Made by a program: the position numbers and the translations under genes
Notes under the pieces: generated by a model
Seen by the model: only the letters and a program-made list of their open reading frames with translations
Database searches by the model: none
What the model was told of the DNA's origin: nothing
Origin: Nemertoderma westbladi
Taxonomy: Eukaryota; Animalia; Xenacoelomorpha
Direction of reading: 5' to 3'
Assembly: GCA_032718475.1 (NCBI GenBank)
Contig: JAUCBJ010007345.1
Coordinates: forward strand, 1 to 64,000
Length of the DNA: 64,000 nucleotides
Part shown: one piece after another, positions 12,658 to 23,833 of the stretch
Numbering within the stretch: position 1 is the stretch's first letter
How the letters are laid out: each line of letters starts with the position of its first letter

Positions 12658-15600
12658 ATGAGTGACAAACAAGACTATACGAAGAATACACAAACCGACT
12701 ATGACTCATGTGACGCGGATAAGTCAGCAGCGGAAGAACCACAGGGGAAGACTCGCGAGCCTACCGAACCTACACCGTGTGCGTCACCAGTACATCCAAC
12801 GGGAGTACCGGATGCCGTAGTACGAGGCGACGGCAGGACCGAGGACTTTCTAACTGTTCCGCAACCTAGATACAGGGAAACGGAAATGGTAAGTTCAGCA
12901 GGAAGCACAGAAAGTGTGGTTAGAAGCGTCGGTGGATACATGGCGCATATAACCAGGAGTATTGGAGAAGGCCAACGCATATTAGATGGGTTGACCGCTC
13001 CGATGTCTCGATTCGAGTTCTACACCCTCCAGGTTAGAGTACAGAGTAAAGTATATAAGTCCGTAGATAATCTAGTTGGCCTACAAGATCTAGCCAGACA
13101 GAGACAGGACATGGATACTCAACTTAGAATCCTCGAGAAACTAATGATCACTAGAGAGAAACTGATTCAGTTTAAGTCGACGATTAGACAGATACAACAG
13201 GAACAAGCGGACCAGTTGTTAGGTGAGTCAGTTTCGGACGAATTATTACAACCCGAGGAAGAACAGGAACTGTACCGACTGGATGGACAATTGGAACACC
13301 TGACGGACCACTTACGCATGTGCGGCGAAGACGTCGGCGATTTGGAAACCGTGCCGGAATACACGAGGGAAACTTCATTTGCACAAATCGAATCGGCACC
13401 GGGAATACTAAATCAATCATTGGTAAGTATTCGTAGCGAAATCTGCGAAGGAAGTATAGTCACGTCAGAAGTTGCTCGACAACAGCAGCAGTTCTACAGA
13501 CAGCAACACGAGATGGAAGAACAAACTCAACTGCTAATGATACAAACAGCAGTAGAGGAAGAGAAAATACGTGTTGCGAATGTAGCGAGAATCTCTCATC
13601 TGCAGGAACAAGCCGAACTCGAAGCGGCCGAAATGGAAAGGTTAGAGTTGGACATTGCCCAACAAGCGGCAGCGACCGAGTTAGCGCAACGAACGGCAAC
13701 AGCCGAGTTAGAGCGACAAACGGCAGCGGCAGCGGCCGAGTTAGAGCGACAAACGGCTGCGGCAGAGTTAGAGCGACAAACGGCTGCGGCAGAGTTAGAG
13801 CGACAAAGATTAGTTTCGGAAGCCAGAGTCGAGATGAAGACACGGCAAATAAAAGCCCAACAAGCGATACGACAAGCAGAGTTCGAGGCGCAACAACAAC
13901 AAACGGAACAACGAGAAAAGGAAGTTAAACTTCGTTTCGAACTTGAAAAAAGGGCGAGAGAATTAGCCGAAACCAAGGAAAATCTGGATCTTCTAGCCCG
14001 CGACCGATCGATGAGATCTCGTGACGGACATGATTTGGACCAGTTAGAGGTAAGACATCGCCAAATTCAGGAACGGAAGAAGGAAGGAAGCGTAGGAGCA
14101 CCCAGACGGGAACGACAATTAGTAAAAGACGTGTGTCAACGATTCCCACAGGTAACTCATATGTTTGCACCGGTTACGACTAAGGAACCTGTTTCGATTG
14201 CGGGTAGTAGTGATATTTCTCCTATCCATGGTGCGACGGAACACAGGTTTGTTATTCCGGACGAGTTTATACCGCCAAGAGCAGCGTCGTCGCCTATTCC
14301 GAGAGTCAAGGTAAGTAACCCACCGATTACAGATCGTAGTAGTTTATTGACCGGACCTGCGCTACTGACGACAAAACAGGTGAGTCCACCTTTGACACCT
14401 AAACCCGTTACACATTACGCTTACCCAATGACGTTTCGACCTACAAGGCCAGCGGTTTCAAATGCTGTCATCCGACCACCGGTCCAGTTTACATCGCAAT
14501 CTACGACTTCGAGGAAGACTTGTGAGCCTACCGAACAACGGAGAACAGTGGATACGCGACCGTTTAACCAGTTCACATCGCAATCTACGACTTCGAGGAA
14601 GACTTGTGAGCCTACCGAACAACGGAGAACAGTGGATACGCGACCGTTTAACCAGTTCACATCGCAATCTACGACTTCGAGGAAGACTTGTGAGCCTACC
14701 GAACAACGGAGAACAGTGGATACGCGACCGTTTAACCAGTTCACATCGCAATCTACGACTTCGAGGAAGACTTGTGAGCCTACCGAACAACGGAGATCAG
14801 TGGACGATGTTCCGAAACGAGCCGTTAGAATTCGAACGACGCAACGGACGCGAGCATGTCGACCACCATATCCAGATGATAGTAGTACTTCGAGCGAATC
14901 GGATTACCCGAAACGCGAGGTATTTAGAACAGGGGCGGCCGATGAATATAAACGCGAGCGTTCAGACAACTCCTTTGCAGACAATCCTCCACAGAATACA
15001 CCAACACAGAAGGCGTTACAACCAACGGACGCAATTAGTACACAACAGTTCGCCGACATTCTGCGACCAGTTGTCAACAAGTTGGCTCAGATCGAGGAGC
15101 GTCTGGAGGAAGTTCAAACCGATAGTTCGAGGAACACCGAATTCGAACACAATAGACACCCGAAAGCACCACAAAGATCGGTACCTTCAAACCCCACATC
15201 GTATCAGGGAAAAGCGCCTAGAAGGGAGAACATCAACCAGGTTACCAACCAAGGACGCGAAACTCTGAACGTTGCCGAGGAGATAGCGAAATTCGCAGCC
15301 AGACAGGGATTGCCGGTACAACAACCACCGAAGTTCTCCGGTAGCTCAAAACACTGGCATACCTTCGTAGACTATATTGAATCCCAGATCGCCGTGTGCG
15401 CCTTTACATCACGAGAGAAGTTCAATTACTTGCTCCAAACGTTGTCAGGAGAACCTAAACGTTTGGCGGAGACTTTCGTCGGTGTACCAGACGCTTTCGA
15501 ACTAGCGTACGATCGTTTGACTTCGATATACGGAGGTACAGTGAGTATGGCCAGGTCAGTAATAGAAGAACTCTGTAAGGGAGGGGCTATCACTAAACCC

Positions 15601-18600
15601 GTCGACTTACTAAAACTAGCTGACGAAATCAAGAACGCTATCACTACCTTAAGATCAATTGGACAACTTGATTACGGGAATACCCCTACAGTCCTATTAA
15701 AGATAATAGGACGACTCCACCATCGACTTCGTCGGGAGTGGAGGAAGGTCGAATACCAGCGAGAGGAGCGAGGAGGATTCCTGAAATTAGAAGATGTGTA
15801 CCTTTTAATATCCAGGGAGGCGGTAGTAGAAACTCGATCTAACTATACCGACCAGCACATCGTGGCAGAAGGAATCACACTGCCATCCTCCAACCGACAA
15901 AAACCCCAGACAACATCCACAAAGACGGCCACACCGACGGAATCACGACAATTCTCAGACAGTAATAGAGTATCTGCGCCCATTGGGACGAAACAGACGA
16001 GACAGCAACTCAGCGCCGACTTCAACGGCTGCCAATACTGCGAACATTTAGGTAAGCGGTATATTGGTCACAAGTTACGAGGTTGTCGACAATTTCGCGA
16101 GTTGAACTCAGAAGAACGACGGCTGCAGATACGGCCACTGGACTCTTGTTGGCGGTGTACGCGACACGGACACGTCCGTAAGGATTGCCCAAATACCGAC
16201 ACTTGTCCATCCTGTGGACGCAACCACGACGGTCTGCTCCACACAGACAGCCACACGCCGACGAAACGCTTCGCCAGGGAACACCCGGAAGCAGCAGCGA
16301 GATGTGATGCGGCTTACCAAAAACGAGAATCGAAAACGACTCCGACTTTCGTGACCCATATAGAGGATTGCTTTTCAGAACAATCCGGATCGTCGGACGA
16401 AGAATCAGACGACGACGAATATTCTAATGGAGACGAACAACCGTCAATCGCGCTCCTGACCACTGACCAACTGAAGGGATTCAGTGTAATCCCGATTAAA
16501 GTTACTGGCACAAAAGGGAGTAAGAGGATTTACGCGATTCTAGACTCAGCCTCATCTCACAGTTACGTGGATGAAAAGATAGCTGACGTCGTAACGGATC
16601 TCAGACAAGGTAAACACGTAAGTTATACAGTAAGTAGTATGCACGGCCAGCGTGCAATACCAGTGACACGAGTTAAGTTGGACTTAGACTCTCTTCTTCC
16701 AAAATCGCAACACAGCGAGAGGGAGAGGTCTTTGTTGCCCTTTAGAGATCTAACCTTTGCGGCCACGAAGGACTTTAGTAACCTACTAGGTCCAGTGCCG
16801 GAACAATCTCTGGAGGACCGTAAGTATTTCAGACACCTTGGTGTACCCGAATGTCCTGTCAATTATAGATCGGTAGCAATGCTGATCGGGACGGACCAAT
16901 TCAACTTACATCAGGTGTGGGAAACCAGACCGTCGGCAGTTGTAGCAGGAAACGCATACGCCTGCAGAACGCCGATAGGGTGGTATACTCGAGCGCCTGT
17001 GCGCACACTAGACGTAAGTGACGAGGAAGACGATGTACAGAGTACATGTAGTTTATTAACTACAAATTCAATTCATTCCTTTTCACACGACGTGAACCAT
17101 ACTACACTACAGTCGACAAAACATCACAGACGTGTAACTAGTATGATAAGTCACAAGGAGCAGCTAACCCACAAGGTGAGTTTAGAAATTGGGGGGAAGA
17201 CGAGTCAGCTAGAGATTCCATCGACGACAGATGATAGGCTTGCGAGTCTACCTACCCCAATAACCTCAACAGTGCCCGTCGATATCGACGATGACGCGTT
17301 GAAAATTCATCAGTTGGAACAAGCCGTCTTGGACAAAGAATTAACGGAGAAGACTATCAGGTGGTTAGAACAAGATACAGCTGAACCTGGTAGCTACGAA
17401 CCTTGTATGTCGGAACAGGAGAAACAATCTCTGAAGATCATGGAGGATACTATCCGACAGACGGAGGACGGACATTACGAGGTGGGTATGTTATGGCGTA
17501 GCCAAAGTCCTAAACTTATAAACAACTACCCACTGGCTTTAAGACGTCTACACTCAATACGGCAACGTCTATTAAAGGACGAGAAAGCCCATCTGCAGTA
17601 CAACACTCAGATGGAGACGTATTTGACGAAGGGATACGCTATCCGAATGACTAACCCGGAGCGAGTGACCGACCAAACGTATTACTTGCCACATCACTAC
17701 GTGAGACACCCCGATAAACCAGACAAAGTACGTGTAGTCAATGACTGTGCGGCTCTGTTTGAGGGAATGTCCCTAAATAGTGAGTTGATGGATGGACCGA
17801 ACATGAATAATTATCTTATGGGGGTGATTATGCGCTTCCGTCAGCGTCAAGTAGCCTTTACTTGCGACGTTGAAGCGATGTTTCACCAAGTAAAAGCGTT
17901 AGAGCGAGACAGAGACAGTTTGCGGTTTCTCTGGTATCCGGAAGGGGACTTAAGTCTACCACCAGCGACTTACCAAATGCAAGTTCGCGTTTTCGGTGCC
18001 AGAGACAGCCCGAATTGTACGATGTACGCCTTGAAGCAAGCCGCTAGAGATCAGAAACATCTGTATGACCCAGAGATAATTAGAATTGTAGAACGTGACT
18101 TTTACGTTGATGACGGTTTACAAAGTTGCGACACAGTAGAACGTGCTACAACAGTAGCACATCAATTACGGGACTGCTTGGCGAGCGGAGGTTTTAACCT
18201 CACCAAATTCGCCTCAAACAGTGCCGAATTAGTTGACTCATTCGGAACTACCGAGCGTGGAGGAGGTGATATAGACCTAGAGTTCGAACCACTACCGACG
18301 ACTAAGGTGTTGGGGCTCTTTTGGGACCCAAACACAGACAACTTTCGAGTGAAGGTGAGACTGGACAGTCAAGGGAACACGCTGACCAAGAGATCATGCT
18401 TGTCAAAATTGAGCCGATTGTTCGATCCGTTAGGATTCATCAGTCCAGTGATACTGCAAGCCCGCATTTATATGCGCAGTATATGGAAGGATGGACTAAC
18501 ATGGGATGAGCCGATCTCATCAGATCAAGTGGACTTATGGAAGACCTGGGAGGCGGAATTGTCTTCGTTAGAGGATTATTCCATACCCAGGGTTTACTTT

Positions 18601-21471
18601 CCATTACAGAGTACATTTCCTGACAACTTGGAACTACACTGTTTTTCCGACGCCAGTGACAACGGGTTTGGTGTGGCAGCGTATTTGCGCAGACAAGTAG
18701 AATCAGACGAGTTCGATGTTTCGCTCATTACTTCTAAGGCTAAGACCATGCCTACTAAGTATATGACGACACCACGAGCCGAGCTACAAGCCGCGACCCT
18801 GTCAACCACCATCGTGAACCTCATACAGACAGAACTACAGTCGAGTTTACAGATATTTTATTGGACTGACGCGACGTTGGTTTTATTTTACATAAACAAC
18901 GACACACTCGAATTCAAGACATTCGTAGCCAACCGTCGCGCAGAGATTCTAGACCGTTCGATAAAAGAGGATTGGCGACATTGTCCCGGACCACAAAACC
19001 CAGCTGATATTGCGTCGCGAGGAATGATGCCTGAGGAATTCTGTAAACCGGAGAACAAAGAGTTTTGGCAACACGGACCCCAGTTCTTGCAGAAATCGAC
19101 ACAAGATTGGCCTCCGTTATACGACAACAAGTCCAACACCATTCCTAAGGACGCCGAAATCAAGAAACCAAAAAAGGGGAAGACAAAGAAAAGGACGACA
19201 GCGACAAAACTCAAGAAAAAACCGAAGGCGAAATGGAAGGATATAACTTCAAAGGTCAAGAGAGGAAGACTTGCGAGCCTTTCTACACCAGACATATCGC
19301 CAGACGGTCAACCAGACACGTTACCAGACGATCAACCAGATACGTTACTAGACAGTCAACCAGGCATTCTACTAGACGTTAGTAATGTACTGACAAACAG
19401 TAAAGCCGCAGTTTCCCTAGTGGAGCGGCCTTCTATTGACAAACAACCAGATACGTTACCAGACGTATCGCCAGACACATTACAAGACAGTCGACTAGAC
19501 ACTAGTAATGTATTGACTAACAATAAAGCCGCAGTTTCCCTATTGGAGCGGCCTTGTATTGACAAACTACCAATTTTGACACACTTGAGCAACCATAAGC
19601 ACGGTGAAACCTCATGTATTACAGATGTGGGTAGTACCTACGCTAATGTAAATACAGGTGTTACTTTGCGCTCAAGAGACATACCGAACCTACAACCTAC
19701 GGTGAGACCTGGGATTAATGTCGGCAGAAAATTAAGTTTACCAAAACCTGCTGACCCTATAGAGTTCAAACCACCACTAGCGATCGACTTACAAAGTACC
19801 GACAATCAAGGTAAGAAGACAAAGAAGGACAAATTACTTGTAGACCCGGACGGATCAACAGTCAACAAGGGAATACTTACCGGCGGACCCGTGGGCCCTT
19901 CTAGTAATTCAAAACCTTCCAAGTTCTCCATTGACTTACCTGATGACGTCACAAATACTTATGTCGACCGTATTGTAAACTTAACAGATTCTTGGACAAA
20001 CGCTTGCCGAAAATTAGCGTGGATTGTACGTTTTGTACAATACGTTAAAGGCAAACGTGACTTCACACGTCGACTTACATTGGCTGAGATTGACAGGTGT
20101 GAGATTAAATTAATTCGCCATTACCAACTGAGATATTTCGCGCGCGAATTCACATCTATAAATCAAGGTCAACCAATCAAGTCGTCACCGATACTGAGTT
20201 GGAGTCCGATTATTTATAATGGCTTAATTTGTCATAAATCTCGGCTTCAAAACATTGACTTTAACACGAACTTTAGGTACCCAATAATAATACCGCAACA
20301 TCACGAACTACAACGTGCAATGATACTGGACGCACATTTACATCTGAAACACGCTGGAAGACACCACTGTCTTTCCTACTTACGTACTAGATTTGTATTA
20401 ATTAGACCCAGTAAAGCATTAAGTTCAGTGACACGTACGTGTATTATTTGTAAAAAGGTACATTCTAGAATAGGTACCCAAGAAATGAGTGAACTACCAC
20501 AAGCACGACTTCAAGCATTCAGACCACCTTTTACAGAGACTGGAATTGATTGCTTTGGTCCCATACATACTAAACGTGGACGTATACTAGTAAAACGCTG
20601 GGGACTGATTTTCACATGTATGTCCAGTAGGGCAGTTCACATTGAACGTGTGATGGATCTTTCCACCAACGCGTTTATACTAGCACTGCGGCGATTTATC
20701 GCTAGACGCGGACTAGTAAAATGCTTGTACTCAGACCAAGGGACAAACTTTGTTGGTGCTCGGAATGAGATTGCTAGAGCCTTTAAGAGATTAGATCATG
20801 ATCAAATCTCGAACGAACTGCAACCTCACAAGATTGTTTGGAAGTTTAATCCTCCAGATAGTCCTTGGAGAGGCGGAGTCTGGGAGAGATTGATTAGATC
20901 TATCAAAACGGCCATGGCAAAGGTCATTCCAGTAAACCACATATTAACAGACGACCAACTGACAACATTGTTTGTTGAAATCGAGGCAATACTAAATACT
21001 AGACCAATAGTATTAGTACCCGATGACAAACAATCTCAGTTCGCTTTAACACCAGCACACCTGCTTATGCAGGCACCGACCACATTGACGCCGATTTCCA
21101 TTCCAATGGAAAGCGATAGTTACGGGAGAAAAGCGTGGAAAATCACGCAACTACTGGCTAACAAATTCTGGGAAATATGGCAAAACCATTATTTGCCCTC
21201 TATTTCTGCCAGAACAAACTGGTACAATAATACCCGCGCATTAAAGCCGGGAGATCACGTGCTGTTGGCAGAAGTGAATCTAAAAAGATGCTTCTGGATA
21301 ACAGGTGTCATTTTAGCCACACATCCATCTATGGATGGAGTGACAAGAACTGTGACGGTACGGACAATTGACGGTCGTACAGTAGACAGACCGACTCAAC
21401 GTCTCGTACTTCTTGAAGAGACTCGTAACGAGTCTGGAGACTACAAATCTCCACCTAATACTAGTAAATAA
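12658..21471 (+). CDS. BEL/Pao gag-pol polyprotein (2937 aa)
   Basis: Coiled-coil N-terminus; gag PPKFSG; three Cys/His knuckles (e.g. CWRCTRHGHVRKDC, CPSCGRNHDGLLH); protease ILDSASS; RT YYLPHH and FYVDDG; RNase H FSDAS, RAELQAA, YWTDA, NPADIASRG; integrase HHCC, GIDCFGP, YSDQGTNF, GVWERLI. Confidence 0.97.
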   Translation: MSDKQDYTKNTQTDYDSCDADKSAAEEPQGKTREPTEPTPCASPVHPTGVPDAVVRGDGRTEDFLTVPQPRYRETEMVSSAGSTESVVRSVGGYMAHITRSIGEGQRILDGLTAPMSRFEFYTLQVRVQSKVYKSVDNLVGLQDLARQRQDMDTQLRILEKLMITREKLIQFKSTIRQIQQEQADQLLGESVSDELLQPEEEQELYRLDGQLEHLTDHLRMCGEDVGDLETVPEYTRETSFAQIESAPGILNQSLVSIRSEICEGSIVTSEVARQQQQFYRQQHEMEEQTQLLMIQTAVEEEKIRVANVARISHLQEQAELEAAEMERLELDIAQQAAATELAQRTATAELERQTAAAAAELERQTAAAELERQTAAAELERQRLVSEARVEMKTRQIKAQQAIRQAEFEAQQQQTEQREKEVKLRFELEKRARELAETKENLDLLARDRSMRSRDGHDLDQLEVRHRQIQERKKEGSVGAPRRERQLVKDVCQRFPQVTHMFAPVTTKEPVSIAGSSDISPIHGATEHRFVIPDEFIPPRAASSPIPRVKVSNPPITDRSSLLTGPALLTTKQVSPPLTPKPVTHYAYPMTFRPTRPAVSNAVIRPPVQFTSQSTTSRKTCEPTEQRRTVDTRPFNQFTSQSTTSRKTCEPTEQRRTVDTRPFNQFTSQSTTSRKTCEPTEQRRTVDTRPFNQFTSQSTTSRKTCEPTEQRRSVDDVPKRAVRIRTTQRTRACRPPYPDDSSTSSESDYPKREVFRTGAADEYKRERSDNSFADNPPQNTPTQKALQPTDAISTQQFADILRPVVNKLAQIEERLEEVQTDSSRNTEFEHNRHPKAPQRSVPSNPTSYQGKAPRRENINQVTNQGRETLNVAEEIAKFAARQGLPVQQPPKFSGSSKHWHTFVDYIESQIAVCAFTSREKFNYLLQTLSGEPKRLAETFVGVPDAFELAYDRLTSIYGGTVSMARSVIEELCKGGAITKPVDLLKLADEIKNAITTLRSIGQLDYGNTPTVLLKIIGRLHHRLRREWRKVEYQREERGGFLKLEDVYLLISREAVVETRSNYTDQHIVAEGITLPSSNRQKPQTTSTKTATPTESRQFSDSNRVSAPIGTKQTRQQLSADFNGCQYCEHLGKRYIGHKLRGCRQFRELNSEERRLQIRPLDSCWRCTRHGHVRKDCPNTDTCPSCGRNHDGLLHTDSHTPTKRFAREHPEAAARCDAAYQKRESKTTPTFVTHIEDCFSEQSGSSDEESDDDEYSNGDEQPSIALLTTDQLKGFSVIPIKVTGTKGSKRIYAILDSASSHSYVDEKIADVVTDLRQGKHVSYTVSSMHGQRAIPVTRVKLDLDSLLPKSQHSERERSLLPFRDLTFAATKDFSNLLGPVPEQSLEDRKYFRHLGVPECPVNYRSVAMLIGTDQFNLHQVWETRPSAVVAGNAYACRTPIGWYTRAPVRTLDVSDEEDDVQSTCSLLTTNSIHSFSHDVNHTTLQSTKHHRRVTSMISHKEQLTHKVSLEIGGKTSQLEIPSTTDDRLASLPTPITSTVPVDIDDDALKIHQLEQAVLDKELTEKTIRWLEQDTAEPGSYEPCMSEQEKQSLKIMEDTIRQTEDGHYEVGMLWRSQSPKLINNYPLALRRLHSIRQRLLKDEKAHLQYNTQMETYLTKGYAIRMTNPERVTDQTYYLPHHYVRHPDKPDKVRVVNDCAALFEGMSLNSELMDGPNMNNYLMGVIMRFRQRQVAFTCDVEAMFHQVKALERDRDSLRFLWYPEGDLSLPPATYQMQVRVFGARDSPNCTMYALKQAARDQKHLYDPEIIRIVERDFYVDDGLQSCDTVERATTVAHQLRDCLASGGFNLTKFASNSAELVDSFGTTERGGGDIDLEFEPLPTTKVLGLFWDPNTDNFRVKVRLDSQGNTLTKRSCLSKLSRLFDPLGFISPVILQARIYMRSIWKDGLTWDEPISSDQVDLWKTWEAELSSLEDYSIPRVYFPLQSTFPDNLELHCFSDASDNGFGVAAYLRRQVESDEFDVSLITSKAKTMPTKYMTTPRAELQAATLSTTIVNLIQTELQSSLQIFYWTDATLVLFYINNDTLEFKTFVANRRAEILDRSIKEDWRHCPGPQNPADIASRGMMPEEFCKPENKEFWQHGPQFLQKSTQDWPPLYDNKSNTIPKDAEIKKPKKGKTKKRTTATKLKKKPKAKWKDITSKVKRGRLASLSTPDISPDGQPDTLPDDQPDTLLDSQPGILLDVSNVLTNSKAAVSLVERPSIDKQPDTLPDVSPDTLQDSRLDTSNVLTNNKAAVSLLERPCIDKLPILTHLSNHKHGETSCITDVGSTYANVNTGVTLRSRDIPNLQPTVRPGINVGRKLSLPKPADPIEFKPPLAIDLQSTDNQGKKTKKDKLLVDPDGSTVNKGILTGGPVGPSSNSKPSKFSIDLPDDVTNTYVDRIVNLTDSWTNACRKLAWIVRFVQYVKGKRDFTRRLTLAEIDRCEIKLIRHYQLRYFAREFTSINQGQPIKSSPILSWSPIIYNGLICHKSRLQNIDFNTNFRYPIIIPQHHELQRAMILDAHLHLKHAGRHHCLSYLRTRFVLIRPSKALSSVTRTCIICKKVHSRIGTQEMSELPQARLQAFRPPFTETGIDCFGPIHTKRGRILVKRWGLIFTCMSSRAVHIERVMDLSTNAFILALRRFIARRGLVKCLYSDQGTNFVGARNEIARAFKRLDHDQISNELQPHKIVWKFNPPDSPWRGGVWERLIRSIKTAMAKVIPVNHILTDDQLTTLFVEIEAILNTRPIVLVPDDKQSQFALTPAHLLMQAPTTLTPISIPMESDSYGRKAWKITQLLANKFWEIWQNHYLPSISARTNWYNNTRALKPGDHVLLAEVNLKRCFWITGVILATHPSMDGVTRTVTVRTIDGRTVDRPTQRLVLLEETRNESGDYKSPPNTSK
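14485..14800 (+). repeat. 84-bp in-frame tandem repeat (28 aa, ~4 copies) within gag
   Basis: QFTSQSTTSRKTCEPTEQRRTVDTRPFN repeated; the units are nearly identical at DNA level. Confidence 0.95.
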
Positions 21472-22318
21472 TTAGGAGTTTACAAATAGATTTCCACGTA
21501 CCTGTACACCGTAGTAAGGACAGCGGTAGAATTCCATTGTCTTTATATGTGAACATTGAGGGTGGTACCCTTATGTGTCACATAGGAGCGGGATTTGTAG
21601 GTATAAGAAATGGAATTCTACTTGGAACTCACAATATTGAGACATTTTCGAAATTTTAGACAATCCATTTGGATTTGAAAAATTTTTAAAATTTTCTCCA
21701 GTGAATAGATTTCAGGGTACAGTCGGGTGGAACTTAAAATTAGAGAAACAAGAGAGGAAGACTTGCGAGCCTTTCTTAAAATTTTAATTAAATTTTACAC
21801 GGTCTTGTTTCAATAAGTTACGTCAAAATAGACTCCCCTATATTTATTACTAACTCTTGACTGCTTATTTTCTGATAATAGTTTGGGATCAAAAGGTGAG
21901 TATTTTAGACTCACGGCCAGTTTAGCCCAAATTCGTTTTACTTCGGCAAAAAATTTTAGATAAGAAGCAGCGTGTCATTAAAGAAACCCTAGATCTTAGG
22001 CTATGGGTAGGAGGTTAGAGCGTTGTCGAAGCCCAAAAGGCAGACGAAACTCTCACGTCTCCTCACAACTAACCACAAACTCTGTTGTATTCCCTCTAGT
22101 AGTAATGATTATGTAACTACACCTCTAATTATGGAGAAAGGGATACAAGGAGAGCCGAGATGGGGATATGATATCCAAGAGGAAGCGGCAGCTTCATTCG
22201 AACGATTTGGAGCAAAAGACTACACTATATTTGGTATAAAGGAATTATCAGAAAGTACAGCGAAGCTCGCAAAGACAGTAATGCCTTTACTCGAGCAGGA
22301 TTTAGCATATTTCGAGAC

Positions 22319-23833
22319 GTGTATCTTCGCTGTGCGGGATCTCTTATCGAAAGACCATCTATGTTTACATTGTTACCCTATGAAGGAGAACGTATCGTGG
22401 AAATTACGGATGAATCACGGCAGACGCGCGCGCCTATCGGTCACCTTGGTGATGAATTCGAAGTAACTACTACGATCGCCGACGATCCTTTAGAGGAACT
22501 TCTTGAGATAGAAAGGAACCTCCCGAAGAAATCTCAGACGGAGATTCGACAACTTGAAGCAACAGATGCTATAGTTTGTATACAACCTTCAGAAACCTAC
22601 CAACCCATAGACCCAGATGATTACGATTATAGTATGGGAGGAAGCGCTCGACCGATTGGAGATCTTATATACGAACGAGTGTGGTACCCTGCTAATACGA
22701 TGTGTAGTAAATGTGGCGTCGCTGGACATCATATGGCAAAGTGCAGTGGAAAGCACATTACTACGACTCAGCTAATCTGTGGATGGTGTGGGGATCAAGG
22801 GTCTCATACCTTTTATACTTGCTGGAGATTTATGGCTCAATGTACTTACTGCAATATAAAGGGACATCGAGCATCTGAATGCCAACTAAGGGACATACCT
22901 TATGAACACGAATCTGTAAAACTCGTGAGGAAATTATTTGATGAGTGGGAAGATTTAGCCGACGAACATGTATCGGCACAGAGAAGACGGTTTCCGATGA
23001 GAGCGCATCTCGGATTTTGGGCGGTAAATCCTCAAACGATGATGTCGGAAGGATATATCTCCGCTATGCCCCAGTATGACGAACTTATCGAGGTTGTCGA
23101 TATTTTGCCCCACGACAGCGGATTTCGAGTAGTGCGCGAATATCTATTACAGATTCACCCAGATAACAAAAACACGTGGAATTTTCAGAAAGTCGTAAAT
23201 CGTATCACGTATGGTGAATTTGATCGTTTCCGAACCGAAAAGCGGAACAAGGGAGCTTGGTTAACCGTCGCATGGGCGTACCGAGCCGCGTTTTACCACA
23301 AACGTATACGAGCGAGCGTATTCGAGGAAGAAGAGGTCCTAGAGGCGACGAATATATCAGCCACTCCGGTTGCGCCGTCTGCACGTCACCCTCGGGAGGA
23401 CGGGCAGGGTAGGATCATACGGGTCCAGAAGGTGGGCCAACAATTGAAGAAAATTATTAATGTAGAAGAACGCAAGGGAGTTGAGCCGACTATTCGAGTT
23501 ACTCGGGATACGGTATCACTTCCAAGAGAACCGGTAGGAGGATCGGGACATACACCAGCTGATCAACAGGGGGCGCAAGCTACTCTTGGGTCTGCGTCGT
23601 CCACTCCTCGCGCGTTCCCAGACGTTCTACCAACTGTAGCGACAACTGATCGGTCACGAGGAATTGGTCGAGGTTTTGGGATGCCAAATAGACGAATTTG
23701 CGAGGAAATAGTTGCACCGTCTCTCAACGTCCCAAGTAAACCAGTGACTCGCCCCATTAGTCCCATATCGCGAGCAAAGTCACCTGTGCGCAGTTTTCGA
23801 GGACGCGGCAGGGCTCGATCTACTAAGCGATAA
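22319..23833 (+). CDS. Extra ORF of the BEL/Pao element: triple CCHC zinc-knuckle protein with Arg/Ser-rich tail (true start uncertain; overlapping upstream ORF 22023-22466)
   Basis: CSKCGVAGHHMAKC, CGWCGDQGSHTFYTC and CTYCNIKGHRASEC; 504 open codons between pol and the 3' LTR; no obvious signal peptide or TM segment. Confidence 0.8.
   Translation: MYLRCAGSLIERPSMFTLLPYEGERIVEITDESRQTRAPIGHLGDEFEVTTTIADDPLEELLEIERNLPKKSQTEIRQLEATDAIVCIQPSETYQPIDPDDYDYSMGGSARPIGDLIYERVWYPANTMCSKCGVAGHHMAKCSGKHITTTQLICGWCGDQGSHTFYTCWRFMAQCTYCNIKGHRASECQLRDIPYEHESVKLVRKLFDEWEDLADEHVSAQRRRFPMRAHLGFWAVNPQTMMSEGYISAMPQYDELIEVVDILPHDSGFRVVREYLLQIHPDNKNTWNFQKVVNRITYGEFDRFRTEKRNKGAWLTVAWAYRAAFYHKRIRASVFEEEEVLEATNISATPVAPSARHPREDGQGRIIRVQKVGQQLKKIINVEERKGVEPTIRVTRDTVSLPREPVGGSGHTPADQQGAQATLGSASSTPRAFPDVLPTVATTDRSRGIGRGFGMPNRRICEEIVAPSLNVPSKPVTRPISPISRAKSPVRSFRGRGRARSTKR

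Noticed and set aside
12699-21029. Numerous antisense and alternative-frame ORFs over gag-pol (also over 54470-63692)
   Set aside because: Shadow ORFs of long coding frames and repeats, with no independent motifs.
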